Part shown: one piece after another, positions 25,338 to 33,996 of the stretch | How positions within the stretch are numbered: the first letter of the stretch is position 1 | Layout: every line of letters begins with the position of its first letter | Assembly (NCBI GenBank): GCA_963717725.1 | Contig: CAVQWS010000013.1 | Coordinates: 448 to 64,447, forward strand | Length of the DNA: 64,000 nt | Source: an uncultured Actinomycetes bacterium | Lineage (GTDB): Bacteria > Actinomycetota > Thermoleophilia > Gaiellales > Gaiellaceae | Direction of reading: 5' to 3' | Position numbers and translations under genes: made by a program | The notes under the pieces: generated by a model | What the model was told of the DNA's origin: nothing | The model's database searches: none | Seen by the model: the letters and a program-made list of their open reading frames with translations, nothing else

Positions 25338-26739
25338 GTGCCGGGCCGACTCCCGCTTGCGTTCGCCCTTTCGGTGGCGCTGGTCGCGGGAGTGGCCTTC
25401 TTCTCGCACGAGGACGAGCCGCACGCCCACATCGTTGCGGGGATCCACAAGATCCGCCACGTCGTCGTGATCATGCAGGAGAACCGCTCCTTCGACTCCT
25501 ACTTCGGCACGTACCCGGGAGCGGACGGCCTGCCGCGGCACGACGGCCATTTCACCGTCTGCTCGCCGGACCCGCGCACCGGGATCTGCCTCTACCCGTT
25601 CCACGACATCGCGCGACCGCAACAGCGGCGGGCCGCACGAGCATCTCGACGCGGTCCGCGACGTCAACGACGGCAAGATGGACGGGTTCGTGCGCCAGGC
25701 CAGGCGCGGGCTCGTGACCGGCTGCTCGGTCAGCCCGGACGCGCCGCTCTGCTCGTTCGGCGCGGCGCATCCGGACGTGATGGGCTACCACGACCGGCGC
25801 GAGATCCCGAACTACTGGGCCTACGCGCGGAACTTCGTGCTCCAGGACCACATGTTCCAGCCGGACACCTCCTGGAGCCTGCCGGCCCACCTGTTCATGG
25901 TCTCCGAGTGGTCGGCCCGCTGCCGCACCCACGCGGCGTCGAGCTGCGTCAACGCGGTCGAGAACCCGCTCGCGCCGCCGCACGAGCGGCAGAACCCGAC
26001 CGCCCGCAAGCCGGACTACGCGTGGACGGATCTCACGTACCTGCTGCACAAGCACCACGTCTCCTGGCGCTACTTCATCGTCAAGGGCGCCCAGCCCGAC
26101 TGCGACGACGACGGGATGGTCTGCACGCCGCCGAAGCAGAGCGCCGGCACACCCGGGATCTGGAACCCGCTGCCGTGGTTCGACACGGTCAAGGCCGACC
26201 ACGAGCTCCGCAACATCGTCCCGATGCGGCAGCTGTTCGGGCTGGCCAGGCGCGGCCGGCTGCCGGCGGTCTCGTGGGTGATCCCGAGCAACCGGGTCAG
26301 CGAGCACCCGCCGAGCCTCGTCAGCAACGGCCAGAGCTTCGTCACGAGCGTGGTCAACGCGGTCATGCGCAGCAAGGACTGGGGCTCGACCGCGATCTTC
26401 CTCGCCTGGGACGACTGGGGCGGCTTCTACGACCACGTCGTGCCGCCGAAGGTAGATGTCAACGGCTACGGCCTACGGGTGCCGGGGCTCGTGATCTCAC
26501 CCTATGCCCGCCGCGGCTACGTCGACCACCAGGTGCTGAGCTTCGACGCCTACGCGAAGTTCATCGAGGACGACTTCCTGCGCTCGTCGCGGCTCGACCC
26601 GGCCAACGACGGGCGGCCCGATCCGCGGCCCACGGTGCGCGAGCAGGTATCGCAGCTCGGCAACCTTGTCTCCGATTTCGACTTCGCTCAGAAGCCGCGC
26701 AAGCCCCTTTTGCTCCCGCTGCACCCACCGTTCTCATAG
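25338..26739 (+). pseudogene. Secreted phosphoesterase-family protein (phospholipase C / acid phosphatase type) with a frame change
   Basis: N-terminal '[21 protein letters not shown]' is in the frame of 25338. The rest ('NSGGPHEH...GKMDGFV...NYWAYARNF...VSWVIP...[13 protein letters not shown]') is in the frame of 25678. The 1402-nt span is not a multiple of 3. Confidence 0.8.
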
Positions 26740-26749
26740 CCTGGGGCGA

Positions 26750-28114
26750 ATGGCCGCGCCCGTCTCGAAGGACCAGGAGCTCGAGCTCTCGATCGACTCG
26801 CTCGCCTACGGCGGGAACGGCGTCGCGCGCCTGAACGGGTTCGTCGTCTTCGTCCGTCGCGGCCTCCCGGGCGACCTCGTGCGCGCGCGCGTGACGAAGG
26901 TGAAGCGGAGCTTCGCGGAGGCGACCGCAGTCGATGTGCTCGAGCCGAGCCCGCTGCGCGTCGAGGCGCCGTGCGAGCACTACCCGGCCTGCGGCGGCTG
27001 CCGCTTCCAGGATCTCGCCTACGAGGCGCAGGTCGCGGCAAAGGAGGAGCAGGTCGCCGACGCGCTGCGCCGGATCGGCGGGATCGCTGAGCCTCCGCTC
27101 GAGCCGATCGTTCCGGCCGAGGAGGTCTTCCACTACCGCAACAAGCTCGAGTACTCGTTCACGCAGACGGAGGAAGGGCCTGCGCTCGGCTTTCATCGCG
27201 CCGGTCGCTGGGACGAGGTGCTCGACATCCGCCGCTGCTGGCTGACGACCGACCTCGGCAACGCCGTGCGCGAGACCGTCCGCGCGTGGGCGCGAGGCGA
27301 GCGGCTCGAGGCCTACGACCAGTCGGAGCACACCGGCTACCTGCGCCACCTCGTCCTGCGCGAGGGTCGCAACACCGGCCAGCTGCTCGTCCAGCTCGTG
27401 ACCGCCGCGGGCGAGCGCTTCGACCGCGACGAGTTCGTCGAGGTGCTGCGCCGCTTCCCCGAGGTGCGCTCGATCCACTGGTCGGTGAACGAGGCGCCCG
27501 CGGAGGTGACGAACCTACCGACGTCCCTGCTCTGGGGCGAGGACGCGATCGAGGAGGAGCTCTGCGGCCTGCGCTTCCGCGTCCGGCCGAACGCATTTCT
27601 GCAGACGAACACGCGCATGGCCGAGCGGCTCTACGAACTGGCCGGCGAGTACGCGGGGCTGACCGGCACCGAGACGGTCTACGACCTCTACTGCGGGATC
27701 GGCACGATCGGGCTGACGCTCGCCTCCAACGCGCTGACGGTGTGGGGCGTCGAGGTCTCGGAAGAGTCGGTCGCCTGCGCGCTCGAGAACGCCGATCTGA
27801 ACGGGATCACGAACGCCGCCTTCTTCGCGGGCGAGGTGGGCGCGTCGCTCGAGGAGCTGGCCGACCGCGCCGGTGCGCCGGACGTGGCCATCGTCGACCC
27901 GCCGCGCGCGGGGCTCTCCGGCAAGGCGCTGCGCCGGCTCGCTCGGCTCGAGGCCTCGCGGATCGTCTACGTCTCGTGCAACCCGACGACGCTCGCCTCG
28001 AACGTCAAGGAGCTGCAGGCCGAATGGGGCTACACGCTCGAGCGAGCGCGGCCGGTGGACATGTTCCCGCACACACCGCACGTCGAGACCGTCGCATTGC
28101 TCACCCGGCGCTGA
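26750..28114 (+). CDS. RumA/TrmA-family RNA (uracil-5-)-methyltransferase with TRAM domain and Fe-S cluster cysteines
   Basis: ATG 26750. 'CEHYPACGGCRFQ', SAM site 'DLYCGIGTIG', catalytic 'YVSCNPTT'. Confidence 0.85.
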   Translation: MAAPVSKDQELELSIDSLAYGGNGVARLNGFVVFVRRGLPGDLVRARVTKVKRSFAEATAVDVLEPSPLRVEAPCEHYPACGGCRFQDLAYEAQVAAKEEQVADALRRIGGIAEPPLEPIVPAEEVFHYRNKLEYSFTQTEEGPALGFHRAGRWDEVLDIRRCWLTTDLGNAVRETVRAWARGERLEAYDQSEHTGYLRHLVLREGRNTGQLLVQLVTAAGERFDRDEFVEVLRRFPEVRSIHWSVNEAPAEVTNLPTSLLWGEDAIEEELCGLRFRVRPNAFLQTNTRMAERLYELAGEYAGLTGTETVYDLYCGIGTIGLTLASNALTVWGVEVSEESVACALENADLNGITNAAFFAGEVGASLEELADRAGAPDVAIVDPPRAGLSGKALRRLARLEASRIVYVSCNPTTLASNVKELQAEWGYTLERARPVDMFPHTPHVETVALLTRR

Positions 28115-28544
28115 GCTCGGCTTCGATCGCCTCGCGGAGCTCGGTCAGCCCGCCACGCAGGCCGTCGATGCTTTCCCCGCCGAGCCGGCGTTCGACCGAC
28201 TCGGCAAAGGCGCGGAACTTCGGCCGGGCCTGCTTCAGCAGCTCCTCACCGTCGGCGTTCAGGTTGATCAGGTACGACCGCCGGTCGTTGGGGTTCGGGA
28301 CTCGCTCGACGTGGCCGCGCTTCTCCAGACGGCCGACGCGGAAGAGCACCGTCGAGAGCGGCATCTTCATCCGCTCGGCGAGCAGGGTCGGCGTCCAGGG
28401 CCCCTCGGCGCCGATCAGCACGTAGAACGGGTAGTCCTCGGGCGGCAGCTCGAGACCCGCGAGCGACGCCTCGATCAGCCGCTCGCGCAGCTGGTTCGTC
28501 CGGAAGAGGTCGAGCAGGATCGTGTCCGGAGCCGGTTCTGTCAC
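28101..28544 (-). CDS. MarR-family transcriptional regulator
   Basis: Winged-helix pattern 'LLAERMKMPLSTVLFRVGRLEKRGHVERVPNPNDRRSYLINL'. Confidence 0.85.
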   Translation of the reverse strand: MTEPAPDTILLDLFRTNQLRERLIEASLAGLELPPEDYPFYVLIGAEGPWTPTLLAERMKMPLSTVLFRVGRLEKRGHVERVPNPNDRRSYLINLNADGEELLKQARPKFRAFAESVERRLGGESIDGLRGGLTELREAIEAELSAG

Positions 28545-28545
28545 T

Positions 28546-28561
28546 ACCGCAACCTTGTGGT
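28546..28561. promoter_or_regulatory. Imperfect 16-bp palindrome ACCGCAAC/CTTGTGGT in the MarR / beta-propeller divergent intergenic region
   Basis: 6 of 8 positions are symmetric. It lies in the 33-nt gap between the two divergent starts. Confidence 0.25.
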
Positions 28562-28577
28562 AATGTAGTGCAAGATT

Positions 28578-29474
28578 GTGCTAAGTCTACTGCGCGGTGG
28601 GGTCGTCGTCTTGGCCGTTGCGGTGGTGTGCGGCACGGCGGGCGCCGCCGCGCCGACGAAGGTGCACGTCGGGCTGTCCGCCTCCTTCGCCCTCACGGGA
28701 GGCGGCGCCCTGTGGGTGACCGACCGGGTCGACAACAAGCTGATCCGCGTCGATCCCGCGGGCGGACGCGTGAAGTGGCAGCTCGGCATCCCGAGCAGTC
28801 CGTTCGGGCTGGCTTACGGCGCGGGCAGCGTCTGGGTCGGCTCGAGGAACGCCGGCCGGGTCACTCGCGTCAATCCCACGACGAAGCGGGTGCTGAAGCG
28901 GATCTCGGTGGGTTCCGCCCCCTACGCGCTCACCTTCGGCGCCGGCGCCGTGTGGGTCTCGAACGAAGGCTCGGGCACGGTCAGCCGCATCGCGCCGAAG
29001 CGGAACAAGGTCGTGAAGACGATCCGCGTCGGCGGCGGCCCGAACGGGATCGCGGTCGCCTTCAAGAAGGTCTGGGTCGCCGACTACGGCCACAGCCATC
29101 TGATCCGGATCGACCCGGTGCGCGACCGCGTCGAGAAACGCATCTCGCTGCCGAAGGCCGACTGGATCACGCCGTCGGCCGACGCGCTCTGGGTCTCGAG
29201 CGAGGGCGGGAAGATCTACAAGATCGACCCGGTGTCGATGGCCGTCCTGGCGACCGTGACCGTTGGGGCGAACCCGCTCGCCACAGCGTGGGTGGCCGGC
29301 AAGCTCTGGGTGCCGAACATCGACGACAACACGGTCTCGGTGGTCGACCCGGCGACGGCAGCGGTCGTGAGCACGATCCCCACCGGTCAGAGCCCGCTCG
29401 CGGTCGCCTCGGCCGCAGGCCACGCCTGGGTCACGTCTGACTTCGACGGGGATCTCTGGCGTTTCGACCCCTGA
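28578..29474 (+). CDS. Secreted YVTN/NHL-like beta-propeller repeat protein
   Basis: Signal peptide, then about seven ~40-aa repeats of the form 'G..P.g.a.g.g.vWV.n...g.V.rIdP'. Confidence 0.75.
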   Translation: MLSLLRGGVVVLAVAVVCGTAGAAAPTKVHVGLSASFALTGGGALWVTDRVDNKLIRVDPAGGRVKWQLGIPSSPFGLAYGAGSVWVGSRNAGRVTRVNPTTKRVLKRISVGSAPYALTFGAGAVWVSNEGSGTVSRIAPKRNKVVKTIRVGGGPNGIAVAFKKVWVADYGHSHLIRIDPVRDRVEKRISLPKADWITPSADALWVSSEGGKIYKIDPVSMAVLATVTVGANPLATAWVAGKLWVPNIDDNTVSVVDPATAAVVSTIPTGQSPLAVASAAGHAWVTSDFDGDLWRFDP

Positions 29475-30189
29475 CCGCGCGCCAGAGCAGGTCGGCGTTC
29501 GGGACCAGGAAGCCGACCGAGAGCAGCGGCAGCGCGGGCAGCCCGTCCACCTCGAGCCAGGTGGCGAGCGAGATCGTCCCGCCGATCGAGGCCACCAGGC
29601 AGAGCCAGGTCCAACCGGGCCGCAGCCGCCAGCGGGCGGCCGCGCCCAGGAAGAGGGCGAAGAAGAGCAGGTCCGGCAGCCCGAGCTTCGCGCCGCCATC
29701 CACGCCCGGGACCGGAAATGTGAACGAGAGCGCGTCGAAGACCTCCACGTGCTTGGTCACGATCGTGTTCGTGGGGCCGCGCCAGACCGAGTAGGAGTCG
29801 ACGAAGGGCACGATCAGGGCGACGAGCACGACCCAGCTCAGCTCCTCGAAGAAGCGCAGGAAGCACCAGCCTGCGAACGTCATCGCGCCGAGCTTTGCGA
29901 AGTTCGCGACCGGTGAGGCGCCCGTCGCCTGCAGCACCACCGCGGCGACACCGAAGGCGGCCGCGGTGATCAGCAGCCGGGGCAGAGGCATCGCCCAGGC
30001 CGGAAGCGCGAGCCAGACGAAGCCGAACACCGCCGGGATCACGAGGAACGAGAGCCACGCGATCGCCCCCCAGAGCGAGAGCCTGAACCACGACTCGTGC
30101 GTGCCGTAGTAGACGCCGACGACGACCGCGAGCGCGACGAACGCGGCGGCGCGGCGCGGGCTCAGTACGGCGGCAGCTCGGCCCACCAT
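29431..30189 (-). CDS. Polytopic membrane protein with presenilin / signal-peptide-peptidase-like motifs (variant GLPD)
   Basis: 'PFVDSYSVWRGPTNTIVTKHV' (first Asp), 'KLGLPDLLFFALF' (second Asp, 42 residues later), 'GLPALPLL' (PAL). About 8 TM segments. The start overlaps the upstream gene by 28 nt. Confidence 0.6.
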   Translation of the reverse strand: MVGRAAAVLSPRRAAAFVALAVVVGVYYGTHESWFRLSLWGAIAWLSFLVIPAVFGFVWLALPAWAMPLPRLLITAAAFGVAAVVLQATGASPVANFAKLGAMTFAGWCFLRFFEELSWVVLVALIVPFVDSYSVWRGPTNTIVTKHVEVFDALSFTFPVPGVDGGAKLGLPDLLFFALFLGAAARWRLRPGWTWLCLVASIGGTISLATWLEVDGLPALPLLSVGFLVPNADLLWRAVRGRNARDPRRSQT

Positions 30190-30746
30190 GGGCCCAGTGC
30201 CTTGAAGGCGTTCCAGAAGCGCGTCTTCGCAGGCGCCTCGTCCAGCGACTCGTCGATGTCGGGCACGTAGAGCGCCTGGATCGTGGGCGTGAACCGCTGG
30301 AGCTCGCCGAGCGTCGGCTCGAGCTTGTCGGCGAGCGGGAACTCGATCGCGTTCAGGAACTCGAGCGCGGTCTCGCCCATCACGACCACGAGCTTCGGCT
30401 GGACGATGTGCAACTCGCGGATCAGCCAGCCGCGTGCCTGGTCCTCGTCGCCGCCTGCCAGCTTGAAGCAGTTCGTGCCGTAGATCGCCAGCGGATCGAC
30501 GTTCAGCCGCTGTAGCGACTTGAGCAGCGCCTGGCCCGAGCGGCCGTAGAACGCGACACCCTCCTGCACCTCCGCCGGCTGCGGCGAGTGCTTGAGCAGG
30601 AAGACGTCGGCGAGCGGATGCCCGGAGCCCAGCACGGGCACCTGGCCCTCGCCCGCAGCGCGCGCGATCTCGTCACCGAGCTCGTTCGTCTCGGCGATTG
30701 CTTTTTGCAGGTACTTCTCGAAGATCTCGTCCGTCACGGCAGCCAC
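30162..30746 (-). CDS. Uracil-DNA-glycosylase-superfamily protein (family 4/5-like, divergent motif A)
   Basis: 'VLGSGHPLADVFLLKHSP' and 'AFYGRSGQALL' sit where the UDG family-4 motifs 'GEGP..A..M.VGE.PG' and 'PF.G.AG.LL' are found. Confidence 0.65.
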   Translation of the reverse strand: MAAVTDEIFEKYLQKAIAETNELGDEIARAAGEGQVPVLGSGHPLADVFLLKHSPQPAEVQEGVAFYGRSGQALLKSLQRLNVDPLAIYGTNCFKLAGGDEDQARGWLIRELHIVQPKLVVVMGETALEFLNAIEFPLADKLEPTLGELQRFTPTIQALYVPDIDESLDEAPAKTRFWNAFKALGPWWAELPPY

Positions 30747-30767
30747 TGGGCCTTGGACCTTTCTCGG

Positions 30768-32495
30768 CTAGCGGACCCTTTCCTTGGCCTGCGCCGCCCA
30801 CTTCAGCGACTGCAGGTAGAGCAGCGAGCGGGGGCGGCGCAGAACCTGCCCGCTGCGCAGGCGGACGAGGAACTCCTCGGGCCCGTCGAAGGCACGCATC
30901 CGTACCGCGCCGGTGCCCACGCCCTGGAGTACGTGCGCGTCCGAGCCGGCGCCCATCGTCAGGTCGTACTTGCGCGCGAAGCGCAGCGCCTCGTCGTTGT
31001 AGGCCTCGAACAGCAGGCGGGCGTTGTAGACCTCGAGGACGTCCACTTGCGCGAGGTGGCGGTGCAACGTCGCCGGCTCCGGGATCGCGTGGAGGCGGTC
31101 GAAGGGATGGGGGAGGTAGACGATCCCGCCCTGGGCGCGGATCGCGTCGACCGTCTCGCCGAACGAGAGCCCGCGCGGGATCTCGTCAGAGAGGAAGAGT
31201 CCGATCACCTCGCCCTGGTCGGCGGTCTTGACCTCTTCTCCCGGGATCACGACCAGGTCGCGGCCGCGGGCCAGCTCGACCGCCTCGCGGGCGCCGCCGA
31301 AGACGTTGTGGTCGGTGACGGCGATCGCGCCGAGGCCCTCCGCCTCGGCGTGGTCGAGCAGCTCCTCGACCGGGATCTGGCAGTCGTGCGACCACGAGGT
31401 GTGCATGTGCAGGTCGGCCACGATCCAATCGCGGTCGCCGAGCGGCTCGGCACTTCGCGAACGGCGCCTCGTGGCCAGGCCGCGGTAGAGCTCGTCCAGC
31501 TCGTGGGCGGCCGCGCCGAAGCTCTGCGGCTCGGCGGATTCACGGGCTCGCATGCTCTCGCGCTCCCGGTAGTCAATGTCCTCGGCGAGGCGCAGCAGCT
31601 CGGCGGCCGCCAGCTCGGGCTGGTCACGCAGGCCCGGCGGGAAGACGATCGCTGCTCCTGCGGCGGCCGCCTCGAGCGAGACGCGGTCGAGGCCGTCGAG
31701 GGCGGGGACGAAGATCGAGGCCTCGTTCAGCAGCGGCGCCCTCACGGCTCCGTCGCGGAGCGTGCGCACGCGTGCGCGACCACGTAGCGCCCTCGGCAGC
31801 GAGGGCCGGCCGGCGAGCGGCTTGGTGCGCAGGAAGACGAGCTCCCAGTCCGGCAGCGAGGCGAGCGCCCGCACGACCGCGCGGGTCAGCGCCCGCTCGC
31901 CTGGCCGCCACTCGAGCACGACGAGCCGGCGCTTGCGCCCGGGCTTGAAGCGCTCGAGGTCGACGCCCGCGGTGATCACCCGGTAGTCGCCGGGCAGGCG
32001 CTCGGCCGCGGCCTCCGCGGTGGCCTCCGCGGTGGCGACGAGAGCGTCGATGCGGCCTAGCAACCGCTCCCGCTGCGCCTTGCCCGGTGGGTAGCCGAGC
32101 CGGTCGGCGGAGAGAAACGTCGCGACCGCGAAGGCCCGCGAGTCGCGCAGCGCGAGGTACGAGAGGCTCGGCAGGCCCGGCTCGAAGCCGTGCACGACGT
32201 CGTACTCGCCCCGCGCCAGGGCGAGCGAGAGGTTAGTCCGCACGCCGACCGGAACGCCGATCCGGCTGCGCCGGGAGACCGGCAGGGCCGGGCCGAGCGC
32301 GATCAGCTCGTGCGGGCCGCCGTCGAGCAGCGCGCGACGACCGGCGATCAGGTCGGCCGCTCGCGTCGAGGGCGCGAGCACGGTGACGTCGTGGCCGAGC
32401 TCGCGCAGCTCGTGCGCGACCCCGGCCACGTGCTCGTTGACGTCGTGCGGCCTCGACCAGGCGAACGGCGTGACCAGACAGACACGCAGGCCCAT
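30768..32495 (-). CDS. Fusion protein: PimA-like GT4 glycosyltransferase (N) plus PHP-family phosphoesterase (C)
   Basis: ATG 32495 in track ORF 30768..32834. N-terminal 'MGLRVCLVTPFAWSRPHDVNEHVAGVAHELRELGHDVTVLAPS'. From about residue 355 the PHP motifs appear: 'ADLHMHTSWSHD', 'IAVTDHN', 'YLPHPFD', 'GAGSDAH'. Confidence 0.8.
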   Translation of the reverse strand: MGLRVCLVTPFAWSRPHDVNEHVAGVAHELRELGHDVTVLAPSTRAADLIAGRRALLDGGPHELIALGPALPVSRRSRIGVPVGVRTNLSLALARGEYDVVHGFEPGLPSLSYLALRDSRAFAVATFLSADRLGYPPGKAQRERLLGRIDALVATAEATAEAAAERLPGDYRVITAGVDLERFKPGRKRRLVVLEWRPGERALTRAVVRALASLPDWELVFLRTKPLAGRPSLPRALRGRARVRTLRDGAVRAPLLNEASIFVPALDGLDRVSLEAAAAGAAIVFPPGLRDQPELAAAELLRLAEDIDYRERESMRARESAEPQSFGAAAHELDELYRGLATRRRSRSAEPLGDRDWIVADLHMHTSWSHDCQIPVEELLDHAEAEGLGAIAVTDHNVFGGAREAVELARGRDLVVIPGEEVKTADQGEVIGLFLSDEIPRGLSFGETVDAIRAQGGIVYLPHPFDRLHAIPEPATLHRHLAQVDVLEVYNARLLFEAYNDEALRFARKYDLTMGAGSDAHVLQGVGTGAVRMRAFDGPEEFLVRLRSGQVLRRPRSLLYLQSLKWAAQAKERVR

Positions 32496-32527
32496 GTCCG
32501 GCGAGTCTAGCCCGGTCCGCTTGCCGC

Positions 32528-33976
32528 CTAGGACTTGGCGGCCACCTTGGCCGGCTTGCGCGCGTGCTTGCGGATGAACTCCTCCGTCAGGTCCCGCGCC
32601 TCGTCGTCCGCGTGCTGGACCGGCGGCGACTTCATCAGGTAGGAGCTCGGCCCGCCGAGCGTGCCCGAGACGCCGTTGTTGAGGGCGAGCTTCGCCATAC
32701 GCACCGCGTCGATCACGACACCGGCCGAGTTCGGCGAGTCCCAGACCTCGATCTTCAGCTCCGCGTTCAGCGGCACATCGCCGAACGAGGTGCCCTCCAG
32801 CCGGATATAGGCCCACTTGCGGTCCTCGAGCCACGGCACGTGGTCGGACGGGCCGACGTGGATGTTCTTAGCCTCGATCTCGTACGGGACGGTCGACTGG
32901 ATCGCGTACGTCTTCGAGATCTTCTTCGACTCGAGGCGGTCCCTTTCCAGCATGTTGAGGAAGTCCGAGTTGCCGCCGAAGTTGAGCTGGAAGGTGCGGT
33001 CGACCTGCACGCCGCGGTCGCGGAAGATGCTCATCAAAACGCGATGGGTGATGGTCGCGCCGACCTGTGACTTGATGTCGTCGCCGATGATCGGCACGCC
33101 GGCCTCCTCGAAGCGCCGCTGCCAGTAGTTCTCGCGCGCGATGAAGACGGGCATGCAGTTCACCATCGCGCAACCGGCGCTGAGGATCTGCTCCGTGTAC
33201 CACTTGGTCGCCTCCTCGGAGCCGACCGGCAAGTAGTTGATCACGACGTCGGTGTTCGTGTCCTTGAGGATCCCGACCACGTCTGCGGTCTCGCCTGGCG
33301 CCTTCTCGACGATCTCGGAGAGGTACTTGCCGAGCCCGTCGTGCGTCATCCCGCGCGAGACGGTGATGCCGTTCTTCGGCACTTCCGAGAACTTGATCGT
33401 GTTGTTCGGGTGCGCCCAGATCGCCTCGGAGAGGTCCTTTCCGACCTTGTCAGTGGTCACGTCGAAGGCGGCCGTGAACTCGATATCACTGATGTGATAG
33501 CCGCCGAGATCGACGTGCATCAAGCCCGGGACGAAGTCGTCCGGGTTGGCGTTCTTGTAGTACTCGACGCCTTGCACGAGCGAGCTCGCGCAGTTGCCGA
33601 CGCCGATGATCGCGACCCGGACCTTGCTGTCTCCGCGTCGCGCCTTGCCGTTGGTCGAAGCCATGGGTTCCTTTCCTCCGAGCCGCTCCGAGAGCGTCTC
33701 GACGATCAGGTCGTTGACGTTGCGCTTCCGCTGCGCCGCGCGCGCGGCCAGCTTGTCCTTCAGCTCCGGAGGCATCCGCAGGAGCACGGAGCCACTCTTG
33801 CCGGGGTCCTTCCCCGCGCGGCCGCTCGGGTCGAACGAGACGGCGAAGCGGGAGGCGAGGATGCCGACGGCGACGTCGTTGAGACTACGGCCGCTGCGCC
33901 GGACCTCGTCCGAGAGCAACCGCTTCAGCTCACCGGGCATCCGGACGAGCACATGCTTGCGCGCTGGAGCTAGCAC
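32528..33976 (-). CDS. ino1: myo-Inositol-1-phosphate synthase with an in-frame N-terminal tandem Arc/MetJ-type RHH extension
   Basis: Ino1 core from Met105 (ATG 33662-33664): '[18 protein letters not shown]', 'NYLPVGSE', '[11 protein letters not shown]', '[11 protein letters not shown]'. Residues 1-104 hold two RHH repeats. There is no stop between them and the core. Confidence 0.85.
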   Translation of the reverse strand: MLAPARKHVLVRMPGELKRLLSDEVRRSGRSLNDVAVGILASRFAVSFDPSGRAGKDPGKSGSVLLRMPPELKDKLAARAAQRKRNVNDLIVETLSERLGGKEPMASTNGKARRGDSKVRVAIIGVGNCASSLVQGVEYYKNANPDDFVPGLMHVDLGGYHISDIEFTAAFDVTTDKVGKDLSEAIWAHPNNTIKFSEVPKNGITVSRGMTHDGLGKYLSEIVEKAPGETADVVGILKDTNTDVVINYLPVGSEEATKWYTEQILSAGCAMVNCMPVFIARENYWQRRFEEAGVPIIGDDIKSQVGATITHRVLMSIFRDRGVQVDRTFQLNFGGNSDFLNMLERDRLESKKISKTYAIQSTVPYEIEAKNIHVGPSDHVPWLEDRKWAYIRLEGTSFGDVPLNAELKIEVWDSPNSAGVVIDAVRMAKLALNNGVSGTLGGPSSYLMKSPPVQHADDEARDLTEEFIRKHARKPAKVAAKS

Positions 33977-33988
33977 AGAAGTGCTAGC
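33969..33988. promoter_or_regulatory. Perfect 8-4-8 palindrome GCTAGCAC-AGAA-GTGCTAGC covering the GTG start of the RHH-ino1 ORF
   Basis: Read directly. The arms are exact complements. The GTG start codon (33974-33976, minus strand) lies inside one arm. The palindrome sits in the 20-nt gap after the CDP-alcohol transferase gene. Confidence 0.55.
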
Positions 33989-33996
33989 AGTCTACC

